The position numbers and the translations under genes are program-made. The notes under the pieces were generated by a model. It had not been told where the DNA came from. It did no database searches and worked only from the letters and a program-made list of their open reading frames with translations. From Camelus ferus (Eukaryota), in NCBI RefSeq assembly GCF_009834535.1, contig NC_045697.1:92940001-93004000 (forward strand): 64,000 bases of DNA, read 5' to 3'. Of the stretch, positions 1 through 12,720 are shown in pieces; the stretch's first letter is position 1; every line of letters starts with the position of its first letter.

Positions 1-677
1 AATAGACTTACCATCTGATCCAGCAATCCCACTCCTGGGCATATATCTGGAGGGAACTCTAATTCAAAAAGATACATGCACCCCAATGTTCATAGCAGCA
101 CTATCTATACAGTAACCAAGACATAGAAGCAACCTAACTGTCCATCGACAGAGGACTGGATTAAGAAGCCGTGGTATATTTATACAACGGAATACTATTC
201 AGCCATAAAATAGAATAAAATAATGCCATTTGTAGCAACATGGATGGACCTGGAGACTGTCATTCTAAGTGAAGCAAGCCAGAAAGAGAAAGAAAAATAC
301 CACATAATATCACTCATATGTGCAATCTAATGAAAGAAAAAAGACACTAATGAATTTATCTACAAAACGGAAACAGACCCGCAGACATAGTAAACAAACT
401 TATGGTTACCTGGGGGAAAAAGAGTAGGGAAGGGATAAATTATGAGTTTGAGATTTGCAAATATTAGCTACTATATATAAAATAGATTAAAAAAAACAAG
501 TTTCTTCTGTATAGCACAGGGAACTATATTCAATACCTTGTAGTAACCTATAATGAAGAAGAATATGAAAATGAATATATGCATGTATATGTATGACTGA
601 AACATCATGCCGTACACCAGAAATTGACACAGTATTGTAAACTAACTATACCTCAATTAAAAAAAAAGAAAAAAAAA
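1..677 (+). mobile_element. Young LINE-1 3' end (ORF2 C-terminal remnant, 3' UTR, poly-A); runs off the window start
   Basis: Start encodes IDLPSDPAIPLLGIY, an L1 ORF2 C-terminal motif. A typical L1 3' UTR ends in ctcaattaa plus an A-rich tail. Closely similar to the copies at 26278 and 35856. Confidence 0.95.
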
Positions 678-2848
678 GAGTACCAGATAGGATTTTATCA
701 AGACCTTTAGGTATAGTGATAGTGGTGAAAGCATATAAGAGTAGATGAAGGAGAAACTGAGAGTGAAGAAATGGAGCAGCAAGTACTAAAAACAAAACAA
801 AACAAAACCCCAGAAACTTTCAAAAGCTCACTGGTGTGATGTTTGGGAATTTTATAGATAGTTCTCATTGGAAGCTTGAGCAAAAAAAAAAAAAAAGAAT
901 TTTTAAAGATGACGAAACTTGAGGATGTTTTAAAAGTATGAGGAAAATTCAAGTTGACCAAGGGCTTGAAAATATAGAAAAGAGAAAGGAGAATTGGTGA
1001 TGTAAATTTTGAGAGAGAAGAAGTGATGCAGTTACGATCATGAGCACAGGAGGAGGGAGAGAGGGACTGGCTTTCACCAAGAGGAGACGAAGCTCTAGCA
1101 GAGTCATCAGAGCACTAGAGGAAGAGATCTGCGTGAACGCAAGTAACTTTGCTCAACTGCGAATGGGAGTGTCTTTAACCTGATGATCTGAGCCATCATT
1201 AACTTTCTTCACTTTAGCGTCTTGTATTCCATAAACGTTCTTAGACAAGAGAAATCTTTGTGGAATTACTCCTCCCTGTTTTGTGCATGAATATATATAG
1301 GTTATGAATCAAGGTGTTTTTCTTTTCCTATCTGAGTTCTGACTGAAGCTAAACTAATTAGACATTCCTAAGATTTTGAATCTTGATAATGAAGACAGAA
1401 AAGAGTTTGATCTCATTCATTACCGTACAATAAACTGGAGCATTTTATGCTCCCTAGACTCCAGGTAGTTGACCTATCTTGTTCCTACAGCTTATCAACT
1501 AGGTGGTAAAGACTTTTAAGCAAATGAAATTTCAGGAAATCGCTAATTTGTATCATTTACAAATCCTATAAAATAAGGTTAAAAGTGGGATTGTGTATGT
1601 GTGTGTGGGTGGGTGTTTTATTACAGAATATTTAACCTATTAATTCAGTGTTGATACAAGGGCATTTAGCTTTCAACAAACTATCTTGAGGAATCGTGTG
1701 TAGTAATGTGTGTGCATGCATGTATATGTATGGGAAAATGCAAACTTTAAGACACAAAAGGACACTGAAAGGCCAGTCATCTTTCAACGTAAGTAGAGTA
1801 AGAGATGTAAAGCCTTTGTGGGGTAGGAATGAATCACCAAGTCGGAGTCTCTGGCCCATGTCTCAGTTCTGAGTCTGTTCTTAGATTCAAGATCAGTAAA
1901 TAAATAGCAGTTTCATTAGCCTGAAGAGGCACCCTGGTATGCTGATGTAAAACCACAGAGGTGTACCACACCCTGCCTTCTATTTTCATTTTTGGTGACC
2001 TGAGGGCATTCAAAAGGGTATTTCTGAACTCAGGGAAAAGAAAAAGTCCAAGCTGCAGGGGATGGATAACTACTTTTTAGAGGTTTGGCTATGGTCCTGA
2101 GCTAACTCTAATTCTTGAAGGTGCCAGATGCCATTGTGCTGCATCAGCGAGACAGGTGACAAACCAGAGTGCCTCTCACAGGGAGCTCAGTGGAACTTTG
2201 AAACCAGGAGATACTCATGCTTCTAATTCCTATGTTTGCAATGATATTTGCAGTTGGAATAGGTAACTTCAATACCTAAAGAACTCCTACTGTAAGTATG
2301 GTCCAGAGCAATAAACTAGTCATTGAATCCAGGTTACCCTACAAAAAACTCTGCCATGTGGTCCACTTCTGACCTACCAGATCCAATAGGGCACAAGATT
2401 TCTATGACAAATCCTAATAGGAAAATCGCAGGCATTTGTAACAAGCAGACCCTCACTGGTCACTGACATACATCGCCTATTCTCCTCTGAATAATAGGGA
2501 AAAGATTAAGGTTGAAAATGAATGGTGATTTTACTTTGTTCAATACAAAGCAAGTGTATCTGATTCATCCCTCCACAATGTTGGGCATGCCTGGCAGAGA
2601 TCTATCATCCAGTGAAAATAGGATATTCCGAAGTGGGCTCAGCATGAAATAAAAATTAAAAAAACTTACCTAAGTAGATATTTTAGAGTTCTAACACATC
2701 TTCTAACACACAGTAGTGCTGCTGGAGAGTAACTCCAGTCTTGGGGATTCAGAAGAAAAATGAAGAGAGGGAATTCTTTAAAGGGGTGTAATTTTAAAAA
2801 AGAAACTCTTTATGAGCTGTCTAAAAAAGGGCTGACCTGATAAACATA

Positions 2849-2873
2849 ATATATGTGCTGCCAAAGCGAGCAC
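2849..2873 (-). pseudogene. Tailless 3'-truncated U6 snRNA retropseudogene (U6 nt 1-25) with 22-bp TSD
   Basis: Reverse complement GTGCTCGCTTTGGCAGCACATATAT versus the U6 5' end GTGCTCGCTTCGGCAGCACATATAC. Flanked by aagggctgacctgataaacata (2827-2848) and aagggatgacctgataaacata (2874-2895). Confidence 0.9.
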
Positions 2874-5800
2874 AAGGGATGACCTGATAAACATAGGAAA
2901 AATTAATTGGGGGTGCTAAAATATTTTAGAGTAGTAAGTTTGATAAAGTTAGCAAATCCATGTAGATATGTTCTCTTCTGTTTTGAGCTAAGAGTGACCG
3001 TTATGTTTTGACAACGCATAGATTAAAATATGCTAATTTATACTCTTCTGCGATCTTTTCCTCTTGATCATTTTTCTTCTTTTAGCAGGCTATTATTTTC
3101 TCAAGAGGATTCACAAGTAGCATTCACTGGTCATGACAAACCTTCAATTAACTGGCTTTCATACAGTGTGTATTATTATCTCATTATCAAGTTGTCTTTT
3201 TGTTCTTTTTTTCTTTCTTACTCTTTCAAGTTATTTATTTATTGCAATTGGCCCACACAAAATTTCCTTAATTATTTAAAATGACACTTTTATTAGCATT
3301 AACACATTTTTTACCAAGTTACTCTTAGAAAAAAAAGAGAACCTAATTTAAATTTGCTCTTCAATACCATGGTTTCAAAGAAACAACCTCTCATGATGGA
3401 AATGGGCAATGTAGTTCTAGTTTTGTTTGCTCAAATGTACCTCTTAGAGTCTTGGTTTCTTTGTCTGTAAAATTAAAAGCTATGTTAAGGTCTATGAGAC
3501 TGTGGATTTCTGTCTGATCGTGGCCATATTAAATTGATAAATGATATAAAAACTAAAATTATAGCTCAGTAATTGGAATTAGGTTTCTATGAGTTCTTGT
3601 GAAAAGTTAACTCACAGATGTCAGTTCTTTCATCTGAAAAATGCAATGATTCTAAATGTTAATTATTATCTTTTAGAGTGTATAATGATGGCTCTGCTAT
3701 AATCTTAAACATTTACAACTTATATCGTATCTCCAGATTTTTTATTTTTATGATTGATTTGTATAGCTTCATTTTCACAAACTAGTATCTTCAACATTTT
3801 ATAAAATATGTCTGCAACTTGCATTTAATTGCATTTGTGTCTGAATTAGTGAACACTAGCTGTATGCTGGCTCTGCATGAGTTTCACACCAAATCAAACA
3901 AAACAAAACAAAATCCAAAACCAAAAAAAATATAGCTCAATGAGAGAACAGCTAGGAAAGCTGGAAAATATTTTAGAAATATATATTTTGAGGCTATATG
4001 GAGGATTTCCAATGTAGCAAGGAATTGAGAGGTCAAAATGCTGGATGGAAGGAAACTCAGAAATGAGCCCAGAATTTGGAGATATTTTTTGCCAGCAGAC
4101 TTCAAAAGAAGCTTAGCAGAGGAGAGTTGAGCTTCAAAAAAGCCACACAATGGCAGCTAAAGTGAATAAAAGCACAGATTTAAAGTCTCATAGGCCTAAT
4201 ATAATTCAGAAACATAGAAAACCGAAATAAAATAAAGCTTATTATTCATGTTTGGCATATGTAAATATTATTAAGACTGATTGATTTGATCACATAATGT
4301 ACTGGAAGAAAGTCAAGCTCTAGATGAGAATCAGAGGTTCATCTATTGAAATGGTAGTTTGGGAAGAGAGTTTTTAAGCACAAATTTAGATTTAGAAAAA
4401 AAGAATTCAGTCATTTAGGAGTTTAGTTAATGGAACTAAGGATGGGTTGGAGTAAGTCAGGACAAATTCTTACATTCTGATTGCTTAGAGCTTATTTCCA
4501 GACCAGGGAAGATTCTCATTTGTGGTTTAAATCTTTCAGCCCAAAGTAATATGGTACAACTACCAAATTTGTTCTGTCTTACCTAAAAATTACTCTTTTC
4601 TTTAATACTTTATTGATATAGTCTATAAAGACAAACAACATTAATTGCTATTAAATATTTTTTCATTATAGTGACATAAATGAACAATAATGCAAATCTG
4701 AAAGCAACATGATTTTTGATCTCCGCTTAACGCCCACATGTACACAGTGAGTTGCAGTACTGCAACCCAGGGAAAACCATCACGACTTTTGTCCCTAGAA
4801 ACCCAGCATATTCACCGTGTTCTAAATATGATCCATTCCACATGCCATTCCTAGTCATTGCTAAAAAGGAGGAAAATCAGGGATATCACATATATAATTT
4901 ACCTGATAACTTGTGAATTTATAAGTCATATCTCATTACTTTATCCAGATAGAATTAACTCTCTGCAACTTTACCACAAAATGCCTCACTGTGCAAAGCA
5001 GATTATTATTAACATAGTTAACTTTTGTCTTTTTTAATGTGTAATTTGACTGATTACTTGGCCTAGTGTAGCTCAATTTATTTCTTTAAAGGTTTATTAT
5101 AGTAGTCTATTTGTTTGCATATATACATCATTGGCTCCATAGACATGTGTATTATATATATCTCTTAATAAATTCTAAACTCCTCTAAGAAAGAATGCTT
5201 TTTAGTGTCATTGCAATTCTTTTATTTATTATTATCAATGAATTGTAAAATGTATTTCTAAGACCATATATAAATATATATATACATGTACAGACAAAAA
5301 TAAATTCCTAAGTGTGACACACATAAAATGACATATAAAAAATATTTAGAGAACTACACACAGGTAGATATAAGAATGGATTTTTTTCCCATTAAAGCTA
5401 AAAACTGACCAGCACAATAAACATTCCAACTCAAGTTTACTTTTGAACTGCTTGGTTTAATGAAAGAGTTTAGGTTGACATTTAAACTCTTTCCAAAAAC
5501 ATAGCTATTGCCATTGCTAGAGAGAGGATTAGAATCAGGCTGGGATCCTGGGCATATCCTGGCAAAGATGAAGTGTATAAATGGATGTGCTGATAGAATT
5601 AGGATTGCATAGAAATCAAAGGCCATAACTAGAAGTTCAAAAGTCTAGTTTTCCCATTAGTGGCTGTTCTATGTTATGCCTCCCCTAAGCCTTTTTGGAT
5701 AACATAATTAATTTTTGCTTAATAAGCTGAATATATTTACACTTTTATTTACTTAGGTTGCAATGGGAAAAGTCTCTGATCTGGTATGTCTCAATATCAC

Positions 5801-6917
5801 AATAGTCAATGTAAGCTCTCATAACTTTGGAAGTATTAATAAACATACAATGTCCACTGTAAGATATCTCCCTTCTATTTTTATTTTCAATATGAGGTAT
5901 TAATTCAGTCAATGATATTATTAATATTCCAGGTAAATAAACACAAAAATATATTCACAGTTATAAAATATGTACCAAGGAAACACTGACATTCATCAAT
6001 CAACTTATTTCTGCAAAGTATTATTGTTTTATTAAAAGTTTAATTTAGCCTTCCAGAATATATATAGTTTACTTCATAATTTTGTACCAATAGATATTAA
6101 ATAAGTGTATAAAGTTGGAAAAAAAATCCCTAAATGGTTAATTCAGAATTACAATAAATTAATTTTTATCACTGATCCCTTTTTCTTAGGGACAAAGATC
6201 CAAACAGGAACTAATTTTCAAAATAAGAAATGTTCAGATATCATAGTTATTCTGTGTCTATTTAATAGTGAAACAAATTTATTTAAATGTATGAAAATAC
6301 ATTTACATAGACTGAGATTGGCGGAGCTACAATGAGTTTATCTAATTCTTTTAAGCATTTTGTCCTCCTAACCCACATTCCTAGCAGATGATTTACCTCA
6401 GCAGAGGGAAAAAACGAGGTTAATACCACTGAACTTCTCATAATTATAAACATATCATAGGTGAATCTAGCAGGTCTTCTTTCTGCTCGTCCCCTGTTTA
6501 CTACCTCCGTCTCTAACCTTTATCTAATTTACTCTTTTTTTCCTTAGTACCATCATCCCACATTCTTGTATTTTCAACCTTTGCCTCATATCACCCCTGT
6601 GAATACACACAAAGAACACGTCTCAGTTCTGTGCCTCTCTCTCTGGTCATCACCTTATTTTTTTTTCTTAATCCAAGTTCTTTCACAAAAGAGACTCCAC
6701 TCATTACCCATTTTTTTTTTCTTTTTTTATCCATTCTTTCCTTAACACAGAGTGAACTGCTTTCCATTCAAAGCAATCCACTGGCAAATGACACCAGTGT
6801 TCCCTTAGTTCCTTTCACTGAATTCCTTCTTTTCAGTACTCTGCAAAGAAGTACTGAAAAAAGAACTATTCTGGCTGCTTTGTAGAACTGGGCACTTTTA
6901 ACAATTATATAAATATA

Positions 6918-6957
6918 TGTATGTGTGTATATATATATATATATATATTTTTTTTTT
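6918..6957. repeat. (GT)/(AT)n microsatellite followed by poly-T
   Basis: Directly visible. Confidence 0.9.
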
Positions 6958-7134
6958 CCCCCCAATGAAACAGTGTCCTCCCTGGTTACTTATTTCTTAA
7001 TCATTTTTTCTTCTAACTCTATTTTTATTCTTTACATTTCCTTTGGCAGGGATCAAAAACCAAATTGTCTCCGAATCATCTTGTATACTCTACTGACTTC
7101 AAACAACCACCATTATGATGATGATTCGTAAATC

Positions 7135-7300
7135 AGTAACCATGTGTGATATAAATTCCTGACCCAGACGTTTATATATGAACTAAGCACTTTAAATTCA
7201 TTTTCTTATTTGACCCTAACATTACCTTTTGAGCGAGGCATTACAGTTTTCTCTTCAGAGGTGATAAAATTGAGGCCCAAAAAGCTAAAGTAACTAGGTC
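7135..7300 (-). mobile_element. Degenerate MIR SINE fragment
   Basis: MIR core-like antisense motif 'cagaggtgataaaattgaggcccaaaaagctaaagtaact'. Confidence 0.55.
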
Positions 7301-7409
7301 ATATCAAGTGGGATTTACTTTCAGGAGGAGTAGTTTGGGTGATGACAAAGACCATTCTCTTGACCTAACTCAGTGCTATACTACTCCCCTAAGCAACTCC
7401 TGAACAGTC

Positions 7410-8630
7410 TTCCTTAACTAGAAGTTCCACTAGCATCTCAAAGTCAACATTTTCATAGTTTAGCCTCAGACTCCTAATCCTTCAATTCCCAGCCCCTGTG
7501 AATGCTAACTGGTGCCAAAAGCAGTGTCACGTGTGGGCATAATCTTGTTACCTGATGCTCCCACAGCACTACAAGTCACCGAGGCGTCCACAAAGACATG
7601 GCACTGCGGCTCTCTCCACTTAGCCTTTGAATTCAAAAAAACATTTTTTTCCCCATATTTTATTTCTTCTCCTGGCAATGACACCATGAAAAACCCAATT
7701 GCCCAAGTCCCAATGCTGAATGCTATAAACTATTATATGTCTTTATTAAGTATATTAATAGTTTAGTTTATCTTCTCAATTTTAGCTATTAAATATGAAT
7801 TGATTCTATTCTATATTCCCTATATATTTCCCCTGTGTTTCCACTACTACTGTCTTAGTTAAGTCGGGTATAATTTCTCACATAGACAACTGTGTTGTTC
7901 TTCAAAGAGGTCTCCCCATACCTCCCACTCTATCTGCTATGCAACTGCTAAAATAGATCTGCATTTTAGTAAAACTATATATCCTTTTTCCTAAAACTTA
8001 ACTATCAGTTGTTGCCCCACAGTCTTGAGAAAACTTTAATTTTTTGTTTTTGGTTAGTGTTTACGTATTAGATATACACTCCTCCAGACAGCATGGAAGG
8101 CTGTATATCTATCTGATCACTGACTATGACTTGAACCGTATTTCTTCTTGCATCATATACTGAGATGCTAGCTCTAAACTGCTCTTTATTTTGATTATCT
8201 TGAACTTCTCTGACTGCTTCTCATCACTTTACCTTTCCTGATGCTGACACCTCTGGCTGACACACTGCCCTGGCTCTCATAGAGTCTTTCTTTCTCCAGG
8301 ACATGGTCCTTCATCTGCCACCTCCCTGATTATCGGCCAATTGTCATCTTTCAAACTGAGCAGGATGTTACCCAGGGTGAAAAGTTTTCTGATTCATTAA
8401 GGAGGAACATAACTGACCGCTTTTTGAGGATTCTTTTGTGTGTTCTTCTCGTATTTATCAATACACTATTTTATTACACTTACTTGCTTATATGTCTATC
8501 TTTATCTGGAAGGGTAAAGTCCCTTACCTAAACCTTCAGGAGTATTAAGCAGATTTTATTTGCCTTGTTCCCAGTACTGTCTGTGATATATACTGTGTAC
8601 TTTGTATACGTATATTTGCTAAATAAATAT
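7410..8630 (+). mobile_element. Fragmented L2 LINE 3' region
   Basis: L2-like motifs 'gcatctcaaagtcaacat' and 'tccactactactgtcttagttaag', and a tail-like 'tatttgctaaataaat'. Heavily diverged. Confidence 0.5.
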
Positions 8631-11600
8631 TTAACAGGCTCGAGGCAATTAAATATATTTCCGTTTTCTCAGTAGCACTTACAACTTTACTCAAGATATT
8701 GAATATTATTTACACAGTCAGTTTCTTGGTCTTGAAAAACATAATCAAACTTTATACGTAATATAAATGATCCTCAGTAATAAACTGTATGTGTTCTTCA
8801 ATGCCATGAATACTATATGGAAAAAGAACTTCATATATCTGGGAACAAAAAATGTAAAGCAGACATTTTGAAAGAGAAGCATTCAGAGGAGATGAACAGA
8901 AAAGGAAGCACTTAATATCTGTATTATGAAAAAGTTCATAAATTTTGTCCTAATAACTCAAGGATACATTGTAAGAAGAATCAACATACATCATAATCAA
9001 GACTGATGAGCAAAGCTGCAGCACCTCCTGGATGCTCACCTTGTCCCTCCCTCCCAGAAAGACGGCGCAGATGAAGAGGAAGAGTTACATCTCTTCAAAA
9101 TGTACACAGGAAAGCCAGTAGCAGTTTAGCATGAGATAGATACTTGTTGTCTAACAATACACTGGTATTTCTTTAAGCCTTATTCTATAACATGTATTGT
9201 TTTATATATAAAAATGCATAAATCTGTAATTGATTATAATATTCTTTTACTTCAGGGTTTGTTTTTATAGGAAATGAAAACAATGATTGACTGACTTTTT
9301 CAGTTATTTATATTTGGAGGAAAACCCAGGATATTATTCAACTTTAACATCACCCCATGAATATGTTTCATTTGGTATACAAGTTTACCTAGCTCATCAT
9401 AATGTCTAAGAGCAAATAACTGTTTGTGGCTGACTTTACAATGTAGTCTTACAAAGTGAAAGCAAATCTCACCTCTAATTTAATAATTTCCTGCAAATAT
9501 CCTTAGGAAACATGATATTGCTAGCTTAATTAGAAAAAATGCATTATGAAAGATAATGCCATCTTATGCAAGACACACTTTCAAAAGTTAGTTTTTTTGC
9601 AGTCATTTTACTGAAAGAAGCTACATTATTGCATATTTGAATGATCATTACCAAGGTCACAGGAAAAAAACAACAGACTTGAAACTTCTAATATTTGATT
9701 CCGTCTTCTCTTAAACTGTATTTTTATTTTATTTAGTGAAAATAGATGGAGACCTAAACTCAAAGACTCCTAATTGAGTTATTAAATATGTATGACAAAG
9801 TAAATTCCTATATCTCAGTTAATTTATAAACTACACAGGATAAATGTTAGCAATACCTATTTCCTTGAAAAGTGCTTGATAAGAAGAATATTAATGTAAT
9901 AAAGGTACAAAACATAAGGCTTTCTGTTTTATTGCTTCTTTGAGAAAGGCATCAACCTTATTTGGAAATGCCTATGTTAATATATCTTTAACTACTACAG
10001 AATTCATATTTCGATTTATATAAAAGAAAATAAGTAGAAAGAAGATTTTACTATGGGAAGGATTGTTTTCCCCATGTAATGGCCATGTTTACAAAAATTC
10101 TGCTGTTTCCCAGAGTCTGATAATGTTTCTTCTCATTTTCAAATGCTATTCAGATTATTTCCACTGTTTCTTCAAACATATGCAGCTAGACATTTTAAAA
10201 TAGGAAGGATGATTACAATGCTTATTTTATTTTAGATTAAATATCCATATGTAATTTTGTACTACTTATATTAAAAATTCTAACTTTTAAAAGCACTCAA
10301 CAATTCTTATTAATAATTCTGGAATGTCAGAGTTATAAATACACCCTAAGACAAACAGAAATCTTTAACGAATTCGACTGTAAAGGAAATGCTTTTCTAG
10401 TTAATTTAAAATTCATTTTAGAATCTTATTAGTAAAAATATAGACTTTGTCCTAATTATAAATTATAACTTATAATTACTTTTTGCTGAATAAAAAGGGA
10501 TTAAAATATTTTTTGGAAAACATTTCAAAATAATTTCTCTCTGGTTTTCTTTTACCAACATTTCTTGATACTCAGCTGCTTAGCATTCTTTATGCAACAA
10601 TGCAGACTTGATTAGAGCGAGCTAGATTATGATTTTTTTGAAAGTATATTTATGCTCATTATGTGAAAATTTTTGCTGTATTGCGTATTTATGATTGTCT
10701 CCAGTGGTTAGGCATTTGAACCTCCTGGATAGTCATCAGAATAATATGACTAATAAAAACTTAGTATATTCACAATCGAAGGCAGTTTTGAGTTCTTCAC
10801 TTCCCATTTCTCTGCCAACCTCCACCCCTAAGGAGTTTGACGATTTCTTATTGTTATAAATTTTCTACTAATTAATTCTGCATAAAGAATTTTTTAAAAT
10901 GTTTAACTAAACATGGGTCTCCCAAGCTGAGACTGCTCTTTAGAAAAATCATGTATCTGTGGCTGAGACAGAAAAACTTGTAAAATATTCAACAATACTA
11001 TAACTCACTAGACATTTTATAATTAACTGTATAGCATCTGACAGTAATTGAGGTCCCAGCCCTCATTTTCACCTGAGCTGTGGCAACGTAGGTGCTTCCC
11101 CTCAGCTCAAGAATGATCTGTCAGATCTAGTCCCCACTCCTTTGGGTGGTTTTGAAGATAATGGTGGAGGAGAAATGGTGATTTCAAAAGAAAATATTCA
11201 CATCATTCATAATCAGGATTACTATAATTTGGCACCTTTAATGTACTGGTATTACTGATAAGTAGCTATACTCCACATCACAATTGTGGTCTGCAAACTG
11301 CTTTCATGTGCACTAACTCATGTGAATCTCATAATCTGTGAGTACATGGTACAGTCATAACTAATATTAACAAAAATCTAGAGAATGATCAAGATGTTTA
11401 GTAATTTTAGAGGTAACACTTTATAACAAAATGGTATAGAATAGAAGGGCCATGCCAGTCCTTTTTTTAATAAACTGATACTCTCACTGCAGTAGGCAGA
11501 ATCTCAACTATCATTGCTACTGAAACTATTAATAATAACAGATGTGAATTTTATGATAATTTTTGTGTAGCTGGTCATTTTTACACAGTGTACCAGGTGA

Positions 11601-11814
11601 AAAAATTGGGGAGCAGATTTGAGGATTTTTTCTTTAAATTTCTTTTTTAATGACAGTAAATTATCTTCCTTGACAAAAATACAATAGGATATTGGGTAAT
11701 CGCTAAAAATGAAAAAGTTTAAAGAAAAATGTAAACAGATTATGAAATAATGCAAAATGAAACTAGAGTGATGATAAATGGGTGCGGAGAAAGAGAAGGA
11801 GAGGAGAAAGGGAA

Positions 11815-11975
11815 AGGCAGGTTAATGTTCAGAGCATGAAATCCAGCACCAGAGTGTGACAATTTAAATCCTGGCTCTGCCACAAACATTGCTTACTGTT
11901 CCCGTGCCTCAGTCTTCCTATATGCAACATATCACCTACTTTGTAAGGCTGTTAGGTGGATTAACTGAGTTGATA
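11815..11975 (+). mobile_element. MIR SINE fragment
   Basis: 'aaatcctggctctgccac...ccgtgcctcagtcttcctatatgc...acctactttgtaaggctgtt...attaactgagttgat' matches the MIR core. Confidence 0.75.
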
Positions 11976-12109
11976 TTTGAAAAAAAATAATAATTGTCTA
12001 TACGCTAATAATTTAAAATAAAGAGACTAGGTTAGAATTGTAATATTTTGATTTTAGAAGGCAAAATGCAAATCATATCAAGCATACTGTTTCAGATCGG
12101 TGGGGCCAA

Positions 12110-12447
12110 GTGGATTTATAAGAAAAATCTTATATATAATGGACACACAATACATTCCAAAAATATTAAGTATACAGTTGGTTGATCTTTTTTCTAAACT
12201 CATGTAACAGCTATCAAGATCAAGATACAGGATCTGTTCAGCACAAGAAAAGGGCTCTAAGCACCTGTTGGTAACGGCCCAACTTCACCATTGTTTTGAC
12301 ATCTGACACCACAGCTGCAGGTTTTGCCTGTTCTGGAACTTCACGTTACAAGCGCTGGGCTTTTTTTCACCCGATATTAAACATGTGAAATGCGTTCATG
12401 TTGTGTAACTTACAGTTTTTTGTTTTGTTTTGTGTGTAGTATCCTAT
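12110..12447 (-). mobile_element. Old L1M-type 3' UTR fragment
   Basis: Antisense L1M 3' UTR motifs 'aagtatacagttgg', 'atcaagatcaagatacag', 'ttttgcctgttctggaacttcac' and 'tgtgtagtatcctattgta'. Confidence 0.6.
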
Positions 12448-12720
12448 TGTAATGAAACAGACAGCCAGGTATTTCTCAAGCAAAGATGGGTCTGTTCTGG
12501 ATAACTGGAGAATTGCAATTCAGGGTCTGCATTCCTGGCAAGCTATGTGCAAGTCCCCACATGGCAAGAGATAGACAATAGAATAATAAAGTTCTGGTAC
12601 TTTCTTCAACATTGGTGTTTTTCTCAGCAATGGGTCCTTAGGAGAATCCTTTAGGTAAGTGTTCCTTCCTTTAGAGAGCACTACTTTAAATAATTTTAAA
12701 GTTGGTAAATTACTGCAACA
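12448..12720 (-). mobile_element. ERV1-like LTR fragment
   Basis: Begins tgtaatg and contains 'gaattgcaattcagggtctgca...gtgcaagtccccaca', typical of an LTR read antisense. Right boundary uncertain. Confidence 0.5.

Noticed and set aside
4570..4600. Minus-strand TAG|GTAAG juxtaposition resembling a recursive splice site
   Set aside because: The polypyrimidine tract is too short, so chance is likely.
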